From assembly GCA_022822375.1 (NCBI GenBank), contig JAJEBU010000126.1, forward strand, positions 68,659 through 132,658: a stretch of 64,000 nucleotides of DNA, in the 5' to 3' direction. The DNA is from Dehalococcoidia bacterium. GTDB taxonomy: Bacteria; Chloroflexota; Dehalococcoidia; Bin125. A program made the position numbers and the translations under genes. The notes beneath the pieces are model-generated. The model made no database searches. It was not told where the DNA came from and worked only from the letters and a program-made list of their open reading frames with translations. This document shows positions 47,030-54,812 of this stretch, in pieces (positions within the stretch are counted from its first letter, which is position 1; each line of letters starts with the position of its first letter).

Positions 47030-48415
47030 ATGACGACCAACGCATCCGATCCCGGAGCCGTGGTTCTGCCCGACCTTGGGGAGGACATTGAAGAGGCCGA
47101 TGTGCTCCAGATCTACGTCTCCGTCGGTGACGTGGTCGTGATCGAACAGCCGCTGATCGAGATTGAGACCGAGAAAGCAACGCTGGACCTGCCCTCGCCA
47201 GTTGGCGGAGCGGTGGTTGCCGTACATGTCAGCAACGGCCAGACGATCCGTCCCGGCGATCTTGTGCTCAGCATTGAGGCCAGCGATCCCCGCGCGTCGG
47301 CGGCGCACGAGCCGAGTGCGACTGCATCCGCGCAAGACGAGCCAGCGCTGGCCCCGCCAACTCCCGCTCCCGAAGCCCCGCCAACTCCTCCAGCCCGAGG
47401 GCGCGATGAGCTGCCCTCCGAAGACATTGGCGATCCGCCTGGCGAACTCCCAGCCGGCTTGCCGTCTGCCGCTCCCGCGCCCTTGCTTGACGGCGAGCCT
47501 GAGGGTCGACCTGTCTTCGCCTCGCCCTCGGCCAGACGGTTTGCGCGCGAGATCGGCGTCGACATTCGCGCGGTCGGCGGCAGCGGACCGGGCGGGCGGA
47601 TCGACTTGGACGACATCAAGCGGCACGCTCGAGAGACGCCACGCGAGGCGCCACAGGCGTCGCATTCAGCGCTGGCGCCAGGGCCGCTGCCAGACTTTTC
47701 GGAGTTCGGCGCGATCGAGCGCGTGCCGATGAGCCGGCTGCGCCGCACCATCAAGCGCAACATGGCCCTGTCGTGGCACGAGGCGCCGCATGTGACGCTG
47801 CACCACACCGCTGACGTCACCGAGCTCGAGCAGGTCCGCCACGACTATCGCGATCGCGCCGAGGAGCTGGGCGGACGGCTGACGATCACGGCCATCCTGC
47901 TCAAGATCGCCGCCGCCGCCTTGCAGGCGCACCCGCACGTCAACAGTTCGCTCGACGCTGAGACCGATGAGTTGATTCTCAAGCGCTACTACCACCTCGG
48001 CGTCGCGGTGGACACGCCGCGCGGACTGGTCGTGCCCGTGATCCGCGACGTCGACAGCAAGAACATCATCGAGCTGTCCGTGGAGCTGACGGACATCTCA
48101 GAGCGCGCGCGGTCGGGCGATCTGGAGCTGCAAGACTTTCGCGGCAGCAGCTTCACCGTGACCAACTTGGGTGGATTGGGCACCGGACACTTCACGCCGA
48201 TCATTCACCACCCCAATACGGCGATCCTGGGCATTGGCCGCGCGGAACGTCGGCCTGTCTGGTCAGAAGGTCTCAGCGACTGGGAACCGCGCAGTATTTT
48301 GCCCTTGTCGTTCACGTTCGACCACCGTGTGATCGACGGCGCGGACGGCGCGCGCTTCATGACCTGGATCGCCGACGTGATTCGCCAGCCGCTGGTGCTG
48401 GCGCTGGGCGGCTAA
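47030..48415 (+). CDS. Dihydrolipoamide acyltransferase E2 component
   Basis: N-terminal lipoyl domain (IEIETEKATLDLPSP), peripheral-subunit-binding domain (SPSARRFAREIGVDI), C-terminal catalytic domain with the DHRVIDGA motif. Confidence 0.92.
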   Translation: MTTNASDPGAVVLPDLGEDIEEADVLQIYVSVGDVVVIEQPLIEIETEKATLDLPSPVGGAVVAVHVSNGQTIRPGDLVLSIEASDPRASAAHEPSATASAQDEPALAPPTPAPEAPPTPPARGRDELPSEDIGDPPGELPAGLPSAAPAPLLDGEPEGRPVFASPSARRFAREIGVDIRAVGGSGPGGRIDLDDIKRHARETPREAPQASHSALAPGPLPDFSEFGAIERVPMSRLRRTIKRNMALSWHEAPHVTLHHTADVTELEQVRHDYRDRAEELGGRLTITAILLKIAAAALQAHPHVNSSLDAETDELILKRYYHLGVAVDTPRGLVVPVIRDVDSKNIIELSVELTDISERARSGDLELQDFRGSSFTVTNLGGLGTGHFTPIIHHPNTAILGIGRAERRPVWSEGLSDWEPRSILPLSFTFDHRVIDGADGARFMTWIADVIRQPLVLALGG

Positions 48416-48432
48416 GCGGGGAGGAGGGCGGC

Positions 48433-49863
48433 GTGGTGACAGAGCGCAGCGACGGAGACGCTCATCGGGTGGTCGTGCTCGGCGCTGGACCGGGCGGCTA
48501 TCCCGCGGCCTTCCACGCGGCCGAGCGCGGCTTGGATGTCACGCTCGTCGATACGCGGCCGCAACCCGGCGGCGTCTGCCTGTACGAGGGCTGCATCCCA
48601 TCGAAGGCGCTGCTCCATGTCGGCAAGCTGATCCGCGAAGCACGCGAGGCGTCCGCGTGGGGCGTCAGCTTCGGCGAGCCGACGCTTGACCTCGATCAGC
48701 TGCGCGAGTGGAAGGACGGCGTCGTCAAGAAGATGACGAACGGTCTCGGACTGCTGCGCCGCCAGCGCAGCGTCCAGTATCAACAGGGATACGGACGCAT
48801 CCGCGACGGCAACACCCTCAACATCGAGTCGAACGGCGAAGTCATCCCTCTGGAGTTCGACTCGTTGATCGTGGCCACCGGTTCGACGCCGGCCGCTCCG
48901 CGCGCTCTGCAGCTTGATTCTGAGCGCCTGCTCGACTCCACCACTGCGCTTGAATTGCCCGAGATTCCCGAGACCTTGCTCGTCGTCGGCGGCGGCTACA
49001 TTGGACTCGAACTGGGCACCGTCTATGCCGAGCTGGGTGCGCGGGTGACCGTGGTGGAGACGCTGCCTGAAATCCTCAGCGGCGTCGAGCGCGACCTCGT
49101 CCGCGTGCTGCAGCGCAGCCTGCGTTCGCGGTTCGACGCGATCCACGTCAACGCCTCCGTGCAGTCCCTCGCCGAGGCTGATGACGGCGTCGAAGTCGTC
49201 ATCGCGGACAAGGAAGGCGTCGAGCGCACGGAGGTGTACAGCCACGTCCTGATTGCGACTGGGCGCCGACCGAACAGCGGCGGCCTTGGACTGGAACGCA
49301 CGCAGGCACTGATCGACGAGCGCGGCTTTATCGTGACCGACCAGCAGCGTCGGACAGCGGAATCTTCCATCTTCGCCATCGGAGACGTCGCCGGCGAGCC
49401 GATGCTGGCCCATAAGGCGACGGCTGAGGCGTCGGTGGCCGTTGAAGCGATTCTGGGCGAGCCATCGGCATTCCGTCCGTTGGCCGTGCCTGCTGTCATC
49501 TTCACTGATCCGGAAATCGCGTGGTGCGGACTGAGCCAGTCCGACGCCGCGGCCGTTGGCATGGAGGCGTCGACGGTCAGCTTTCCTTGGGCCGCGCTGG
49601 GCCGTGCAACGGCCTCGGGGCGAAACGACGGCCTGACGCGGTTGGTGATCGAGCACGGCACCGAGCGCATCCTGGGCATGCAAGTCGTAGGAGCAGGTGC
49701 GGGTGAGCTGATCGGCGAGGGTGTGCTGGCGGTCGAGATGGGCGCGCGCGCGTCGGACCTGGCCGAGTCGATCCACGCCCATCCGACGCTGAATGAGTCG
49801 GTGATGGAGGCGGCGCAGGTCTTCTTCGGCCTGAGTCCGCACTATCTGGCCCGCAAGCGCTGA
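48433..49863 (+). CDS. lpd: Dihydrolipoyl dehydrogenase E3
   Basis: FAD motif VLGAGPGGY, redox disulfide GGVCLYEGCIPSK, NAD motif VVGGGYIGLE, C-terminal HAHPTL interface motif. Confidence 0.92.
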   Translation: MVTERSDGDAHRVVVLGAGPGGYPAAFHAAERGLDVTLVDTRPQPGGVCLYEGCIPSKALLHVGKLIREAREASAWGVSFGEPTLDLDQLREWKDGVVKKMTNGLGLLRRQRSVQYQQGYGRIRDGNTLNIESNGEVIPLEFDSLIVATGSTPAAPRALQLDSERLLDSTTALELPEIPETLLVVGGGYIGLELGTVYAELGARVTVVETLPEILSGVERDLVRVLQRSLRSRFDAIHVNASVQSLAEADDGVEVVIADKEGVERTEVYSHVLIATGRRPNSGGLGLERTQALIDERGFIVTDQQRRTAESSIFAIGDVAGEPMLAHKATAEASVAVEAILGEPSAFRPLAVPAVIFTDPEIAWCGLSQSDAAAVGMEASTVSFPWAALGRATASGRNDGLTRLVIEHGTERILGMQVVGAGAGELIGEGVLAVEMGARASDLAESIHAHPTLNESVMEAAQVFFGLSPHYLARKR

Positions 49864-49885
49864 GCCGGCACGAAGTCCAGCGGAC

Positions 49886-50758
49886 ATGCAGATTCAACTC
49901 GGCGGACAGACTCTCGACGCGACTGATCGCTGCCTGGTCATGGGCATCCTCAACGTCGCGACGGACTCGCCGGTCAGCGAGTCCATCGTGGATGTCCAGG
50001 AAGCGCCGCGCCGCGCCGCGGCGCTGCGCGACGCAGGAGCATCGATCATCGACGTGGGCGCGCAGTCCACGCGGACGGGCGCTGCCGCGGTGCCGCCCGA
50101 ACAAGAGATCGCGAGAGTCGTTCCCGTGGTCGAGATGCTGGTCGGCGAAGGGCACCTCGTTTCCGTCGATACCTGGACGGCGCCGGTGGCGCGGGCGGCC
50201 GTGGCGGCGGGCGCCCATCTGATCAACGACATCACCGGTGCCGCGCCAGAGACCGTGGCTGTCGCGGTCGAGACGACCACGCCGATCGCCGTCATGCATA
50301 TGCGAGGCGAGCCGCAGCGTCACCGCGAAGTGACGCACGAGTATGAGGACGTCGCCGGTGAAGTCCGCGATTGGCTCGGACGCAGAGCGGCTGAGATCGA
50401 AGCGGCAGGCGCACCGTCGGTCTGGATCGATCCCGGTTTCCAGTTCGGACGCGGGCTGACCGACAACCTGCGGCTGTTGCTCGATCTGCCGCAGCTGGCG
50501 AGTTTGGGCTATCCCGTCCTCATTTCGGCGTCCCGCAAGGGGTTTCTGGCCGAGATGCTGGGTCACGGCGAGCTGCGCTCGCATGACGCGCACGGCAAGC
50601 CGGGCATGCTCGAGGCGACGATCGCCTTCAACGTCCTGGCGGCCTGGCTCGGAGCACACGTCGTGCGCGTCCACGACGTGGAAGAGGTGGCGTGGGCGCT
50701 GGAGGTATCGGCGGCGGCCAACACGTTGCGCCGCGCCATGAACGATGCAGCCCGCTGA
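49886..50758 (+). CDS. Dihydropteroate synthase-like pterin-binding protein
   Basis: ...LVMGILNVATDSP..., DVGAQSTRTG, and a C-terminal ...RVHDV pattern of DHPS/pterin-binding TIM barrels. No other folate genes adjacent. Confidence 0.7.
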   Translation: MQIQLGGQTLDATDRCLVMGILNVATDSPVSESIVDVQEAPRRAAALRDAGASIIDVGAQSTRTGAAAVPPEQEIARVVPVVEMLVGEGHLVSVDTWTAPVARAAVAAGAHLINDITGAAPETVAVAVETTTPIAVMHMRGEPQRHREVTHEYEDVAGEVRDWLGRRAAEIEAAGAPSVWIDPGFQFGRGLTDNLRLLLDLPQLASLGYPVLISASRKGFLAEMLGHGELRSHDAHGKPGMLEATIAFNVLAAWLGAHVVRVHDVEEVAWALEVSAAANTLRRAMNDAAR

Positions 50759-50814
50759 GCGCGCGATACACTTTGCCTGAGTGTCCCCGCAATCACCCGC
50801 AGGAGAATGGCGTC

Positions 50815-51015
50815 ATGCCCGTCTATACATATCGCTGCGAAGCATGCAGCGAGAACTTCGACAAGATTCGTCCGATGGCCCAGGCGTCGGAGCCGCAAGC
50901 GTGCCCGACGTGCGACGTCGAGGCTGAGCGCGTGATGGCCGGCGTCTTCGAGAACAACTCGACTAAGAACCGCTCGGCAAACTTCCCAAAGCGCAAGCGC
51001 TACACGAACTGGTAA
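50815..51015 (+). CDS. FmdB-family zinc-ribbon protein
   Basis: MPVYTYRCEACSENFDK...QACPTCDV is the FmdB putative-regulatory zinc-ribbon signature. Confidence 0.75.
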   Translation: MPVYTYRCEACSENFDKIRPMAQASEPQACPTCDVEAERVMAGVFENNSTKNRSANFPKRKRYTNW

Positions 51016-51067
51016 CGACCGCCGACCAACAGCGACGTCCGCGTTTGACACGCACTTGGAGAGTGGT

Positions 51068-52165
51068 ATGAGCCAGCGACCGCCCGATCCGATTCCGTTC
51101 CCCAGCGACCGCATCCAGGGCGGCGCACCGCCGCCGCAGGCGCCACAGCCGCCCGCTCAACCGTCGGGGCCCGTGATCTACTCAGCGTCGGGCCAACCGA
51201 TGCGACGGGTCAGGCCGCCGTCTGCGCCGCCGCCTCCAGCCCCGGTACCGCTCAACGCCGCACCTCCGCAGGCGGCCGGCGTTGGCGCCCCCGGCGGTCA
51301 GGAACCGGTCGGCTTGCACGGCCACATTGCCGCCGTGATCGACTCGACCGATGCGGACTTTGAGCGGGATGTGATCCAGCGATCACATGAGATGCCTGTG
51401 ATCGTCGACTGCTGGGCGCCGTGGTGCGGGCCGTGCCGCGTGCTGGGACCGATCCTCGAGAAGCTGGCCTACGAGCGCGACGGCCAGTTGCAGTTGGTCA
51501 AGGTCAACACCGATGAGAACCCGCAAGTCGCGCGGGCGTTGCAAGTGGAGGGCATCCCGGCCGTCTTCGCGTTCGCCGGCGGGCAGCTGGTCAACCGCTT
51601 TGTCGGCGCGTTGCCCGAGGAGCAGGTGCGAGCCTTCTTTGACTCGCTGATTCCCTCTGAAGCCGACATCAAGGCGGCAGAGGGCTACCGCATGATGCAG
51701 GAAAACCAGATTCCGATCGCGCGTCTGCATTTCGAGTCAGCGCTCGACGAGGATCCCAACCACGAGATGGCTGGCGTCGGTCTCGCTGCGATCCTGTCGC
51801 GTCTGGGCGAGACGGAGCGCGCCGCCGAGCTCGCTCGCCGCTGGCCCAACCATCCGTTGAGCAAGAGCGTGCTCACGTCAATGGAGCTCGCGGCGGCGCT
51901 GGACGGTCAGGACGCCGGCGCAGTCCGCGCGGCTGCGGCGTCTCACCCGACCGACGCGATGAGCCGCTATCGGCATGGCTGTCTGCTGGCCCTGGAGGGC
52001 CAGATGATGCAGGCGTTGGACGAGATGCTGGAGTCGGTGCGGCTGGATAAATCGGCCGGGGACGAGGCGGCGCGCAAGACGCTGCTCGGCATGTTCGCCA
52101 TGCTCGGCGAGAATGAGCCGGTCGTCGCGGAGTACCGCAAACGGCTGGGTCAGCTGCTTTTCTAG
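51068..52165 (+). CDS. Thioredoxin-domain protein with C-terminal TPR-like domain (YbbN/CnoX-like) and Pro-rich N-terminal extension
   Basis: Trx active site WAPWCGPC, then an alpha-helical TPR-like C-terminus. The ~90-aa N-terminus is Pro/Ala-rich. Confidence 0.82.
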   Translation: MSQRPPDPIPFPSDRIQGGAPPPQAPQPPAQPSGPVIYSASGQPMRRVRPPSAPPPPAPVPLNAAPPQAAGVGAPGGQEPVGLHGHIAAVIDSTDADFERDVIQRSHEMPVIVDCWAPWCGPCRVLGPILEKLAYERDGQLQLVKVNTDENPQVARALQVEGIPAVFAFAGGQLVNRFVGALPEEQVRAFFDSLIPSEADIKAAEGYRMMQENQIPIARLHFESALDEDPNHEMAGVGLAAILSRLGETERAAELARRWPNHPLSKSVLTSMELAAALDGQDAGAVRAAAASHPTDAMSRYRHGCLLALEGQMMQALDEMLESVRLDKSAGDEAARKTLLGMFAMLGENEPVVAEYRKRLGQLLF

Positions 52166-52187
52166 ACGGTCTCGTCGACGACGAGGG

Positions 52188-52514
52188 CTACTCCTCGTCG
52201 TCGTCCTTCGTGTACCACTCGCGTGTGCGCCACCATGGCATGGGACGGATGTCGTCTTCTGCGGTTGCGCGGTTGCGGACTGCCCAGACGAACACCCAGA
52301 GCGTGACTCCGACGAACACGAACGGGATGAAGAGCGAAGTCGCCAGCGTCTCGTCAGAGACGTGCAGGTCGTCGCCGTCATCTTCGCCGCCGGCATTCGC
52401 AACCTGCGGCTGATCCGTCAACGCGTACTCGCCCGCCGCGGCCGCGCCGAGCGTCAGCGCGCACAGGCCGCTCACCACCATCAGCGCCAGCAGGAAACGT
52501 CGAAGCTGGGACAT
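52188..52514 (-). CDS. small membrane protein with acidic termini, hypothetical
   Basis: MSQLRRFLLALMVVSGLCALTLG... and a second TM (LFIPFVFVGVTLWVFVWAV), ending in a DDDEE tail. Divergent from the Trx-fusion gene at 52589. Confidence 0.45.
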   Translation of the reverse strand: MSQLRRFLLALMVVSGLCALTLGAAAAGEYALTDQPQVANAGGEDDGDDLHVSDETLATSLFIPFVFVGVTLWVFVWAVRNRATAEDDIRPMPWWRTREWYTKDDDEE

Positions 52515-52588
52515 TCGATCACACCCCTCAACTGTTCTCGCCATAGTGTCGCGCGATGCGCCGACAGCGTCAACGCTAGAATAAGCGC

Positions 52589-54166
52589 ATGCATCCTCCC
52601 ACGACATTCGCATTGCGCGATGCTGACGGCCGCGAGCGGCAGTTCCCGCCCGATGGTCCGGTGTTGCTCGCTCTGGTCAAAGAAGATTGCGACACCTGCA
52701 ATCTGACGCTGCCGCTGCTCGAGAAGGTCCATCAGGCCACCGAAGACGGCCTGGACGTGTGGGTCGCGGTGCAGAAGACCGACGACATCCCCGTCCTGAA
52801 GGAGCGGCACGGCCTGACCATGCCGCTGCTTGACGACGACGCGCTGGACCTGTCCTACGAGACCGACATCGACACCGTGCCGACGCTCTTCCTCTATGAC
52901 GAGCAGCAGAACTGCACGCTGCAGACCTTCGGCTTCGACCGTCACGAGTGGCGGGAGATCGCCGCGGAGTCAATGACGCTCGCCGGCCGTCCTGATGGCG
53001 ACACGCAGATCGAATGGGACGCCCTGCCTGTGCAGCGTCCAGGCTGCGGCGCTCGCAACTACGAGCCGGGCGTCTACGAGCGTCTGCAAGCGTTGAAGAG
53101 CGGCGATCTGCTCTCGCGCCTGGTCGATCTGGCCGCGTCCGACGACATCTACGAGTTTATGTACGAGCAGGGCTACACCGACGGCTTCCCGGTCGTACCG
53201 CCCACACGGGAGCGCGTCTGGAAGATGCTGCAAGGCACGCAGCGCGACCCGCAGGACGAAGTCGCCGTGATGCCGCCCAACCTGGCGCCGATCACGGTCG
53301 AGAAGATCGCCATCAACGCCGTCATGGCCGGCGCGAAGCCCGAGTATCTGCCCTCGATCATCACCCTCGTCGAGATCGCCTGCACAGAGACGTTCAACAT
53401 TCACGGCGTGCTCGCGACGACGATGGGCGCGACGCCGGTCGGCATCTTCAACGGTCCGATCCGTGACAGGATCGGGATGAACTACCTGCACGGCGCATTG
53501 GGCTCGGGCAATCGGGCCAACGCGTCGATTGGCCGCGCGCTGCGTCTCTGTGCGCGCAATGTCGGCGGCAGCCTGCCAGGCGGAACCGACCGCGCCACTC
53601 AGGGAGGCCCGCATCGCCTGACGATGAACTTTGCCGAGAATGAGGCTGCGAGCCCATGGGCATCGCTCGCGGTCGAGCGCGGTTTCGAGCCGACCGACGA
53701 TGTGGCCACCCTGATGGCGATGTCGGGCGGTCCCGCGACCGTCGCCGACGAACGAGCCCGCGACGGACGCGCCTTGGCCGGAACGCTGGCCGCGTCGATG
53801 TCTTGCATGCAAGATCCCAAATCGCCCATGGTCGACACATTGGTCGTGTTGTCGCCCGATCACGCGGGCATCTTCGGACGTTCAGGCTGGTCGAAAGATG
53901 ATGTGCGCGAGTGCATCATCGAGGAAACGTCGATCCCGCTGCACATGCGCCTGCGCTCGGACGACGCCGGTTGCGGTCTGCCGCCGAGCATCGTCGAACA
54001 GTTCGGCGGCGAGGCGGCGCTCGACATGCCGATCGCCAAGTTCCGCGACAAATCCAACATCATCCTCGTCGTCGCCGGTTCCTCGGCGGCGAAGTTCTCG
54101 ACCATTCTGGGCGGCTGGGCCGGCGGCGCATACTCGATGCCGGCGAGCAGCAAGATCGGCGTCTGA
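52589..54166 (+). CDS. Fusion protein: N-terminal thioredoxin-fold (TlpA/AhpC-like, CxxC = CDTC) domain + C-terminal uncharacterised ~370-aa domain X (paralog of 54813..55961)
   Basis: N-terminal ...RQFPPDGPVLLALVKEDCDTCNLTLPLLEKV... is a redox-active Trx-fold. The C-terminal domain carries DGFPVVPPTRERV, ITVEKIAINAVMAGAKPEY, GSGNRANASIGRALRL and NVGGSLPG motifs shared with the paralog. Confidence 0.8.
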   Translation: MHPPTTFALRDADGRERQFPPDGPVLLALVKEDCDTCNLTLPLLEKVHQATEDGLDVWVAVQKTDDIPVLKERHGLTMPLLDDDALDLSYETDIDTVPTLFLYDEQQNCTLQTFGFDRHEWREIAAESMTLAGRPDGDTQIEWDALPVQRPGCGARNYEPGVYERLQALKSGDLLSRLVDLAASDDIYEFMYEQGYTDGFPVVPPTRERVWKMLQGTQRDPQDEVAVMPPNLAPITVEKIAINAVMAGAKPEYLPSIITLVEIACTETFNIHGVLATTMGATPVGIFNGPIRDRIGMNYLHGALGSGNRANASIGRALRLCARNVGGSLPGGTDRATQGGPHRLTMNFAENEAASPWASLAVERGFEPTDDVATLMAMSGGPATVADERARDGRALAGTLAASMSCMQDPKSPMVDTLVVLSPDHAGIFGRSGWSKDDVRECIIEETSIPLHMRLRSDDAGCGLPPSIVEQFGGEAALDMPIAKFRDKSNIILVVAGSSAAKFSTILGGWAGGAYSMPASSKIGV

Positions 54167-54228
54167 CGCCGCAACACCGCGCAATGCGCGCCGCGACCCT
54201 GCAGTCGGCGCGTTGATGGAGAGGTCCC

Positions 54229-54759
54229 ATGGTTACGCAGATCCTCGACCCGACCGACGAACGAGTGCCGATCAAGCGATCCCTCACGCCGCGCCCAGAA
54301 GCGCTGCATGGGACGATCGCCCTGCTCGACATCTCCAAGCCGCGTGGCGACAAGTTCCTCGACCGACTCGAACAGCTGCTGCACGAGCGGGCGCCGGGCG
54401 TCGAGACCCGCCGCTTCATGAAGCCGACCGTCGCCAAGCCGGCGCCCGAGCCGATCAAACAAGCGATCCTGGAGGAATGCGACTTCGTCATCGAAGCGCT
54501 GGCTGATTGAGGATCCTGCACGACGTGCAGTGTGCACGACACCGTCTTCTTCGAACTGCAGGGCAAGCCCTCGGTCTTCGTCGCCACCTCTGAGTTCATC
54601 AAGGCCGCCAGCCACCAGGCCGAGCGGCTCGGACTCGAAGAGGTGCGGCGCGTCTTCATTCCGCATCCGATGCAGGACCGCACCGATGCAGAGATGCATG
54701 AACATGCCGAGCGCTTCGTAGACGAGATCCTCGACACCTTGATGGCGCCCGTCGAGTAA
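54229..54759 (+). CDS. UGSC-family selenoprotein (176 aa) with in-frame TGA = selenocysteine at 54508..54510
   Basis: ORFs 54229..54510 and 54532..54759 are in the same frame (both = 1 mod 3) and separated by one TGA. Read-through gives ...FVIEALAD-U-GSCTTCSVHDTVFFELQGKPSVF..., i.e. the eponymous U-G-S-C motif immediately followed by a second Cys pair (UxxCxxC). Coding-like composition continues past the TGA, and a hairpin follows it. Confidence 0.8.
54516..54538 (+). promoter_or_regulatory. Candidate bacterial SECIS hairpin(s) downstream of the Sec-UGA
   Basis: Overlapping perfect palindromes: CTGCAC-GAC-GTGCAG (54516-54530, begins 6 nt after UGA) and CGTGCA-GUG-UGCACG (54524-54538, begins 14 nt after UGA, apical loop GUG containing G and U as in bSECIS). 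Confidence 0.55.
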
Positions 54760-54812
54760 CGGCGAACGGCCTGCCGCCGTTCGAGCCTCCCGATCTGGAC
54801 AGAGGTCAGCCT

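Noticed and set aside
48412-49887. 491-aa minus-strand ORF
   Set aside because: Antisense to dihydrolipoyl dehydrogenase (lpd).
54508-54510. Interpreting the TGA between 54229..54510 and 54532..54759 as a nonsense mutation (pseudogene) or as two separate small genes
   Set aside because: Rejected as the primary reading because:
- the two ORFs share a frame with no spacer;
- the residues around the TGA form the specific U-G-S-C (+TTC) motif of a described selenoprotein family;
- coding-like composition continues through the stop;
- a hairpin suitable for SECIS follows;
- the second ORF has no RBS or independent start context (its ATG is 22 nt downstream inside the palindrome).

Pseudogene status still cannot be formally excluded without the rest of the genome.
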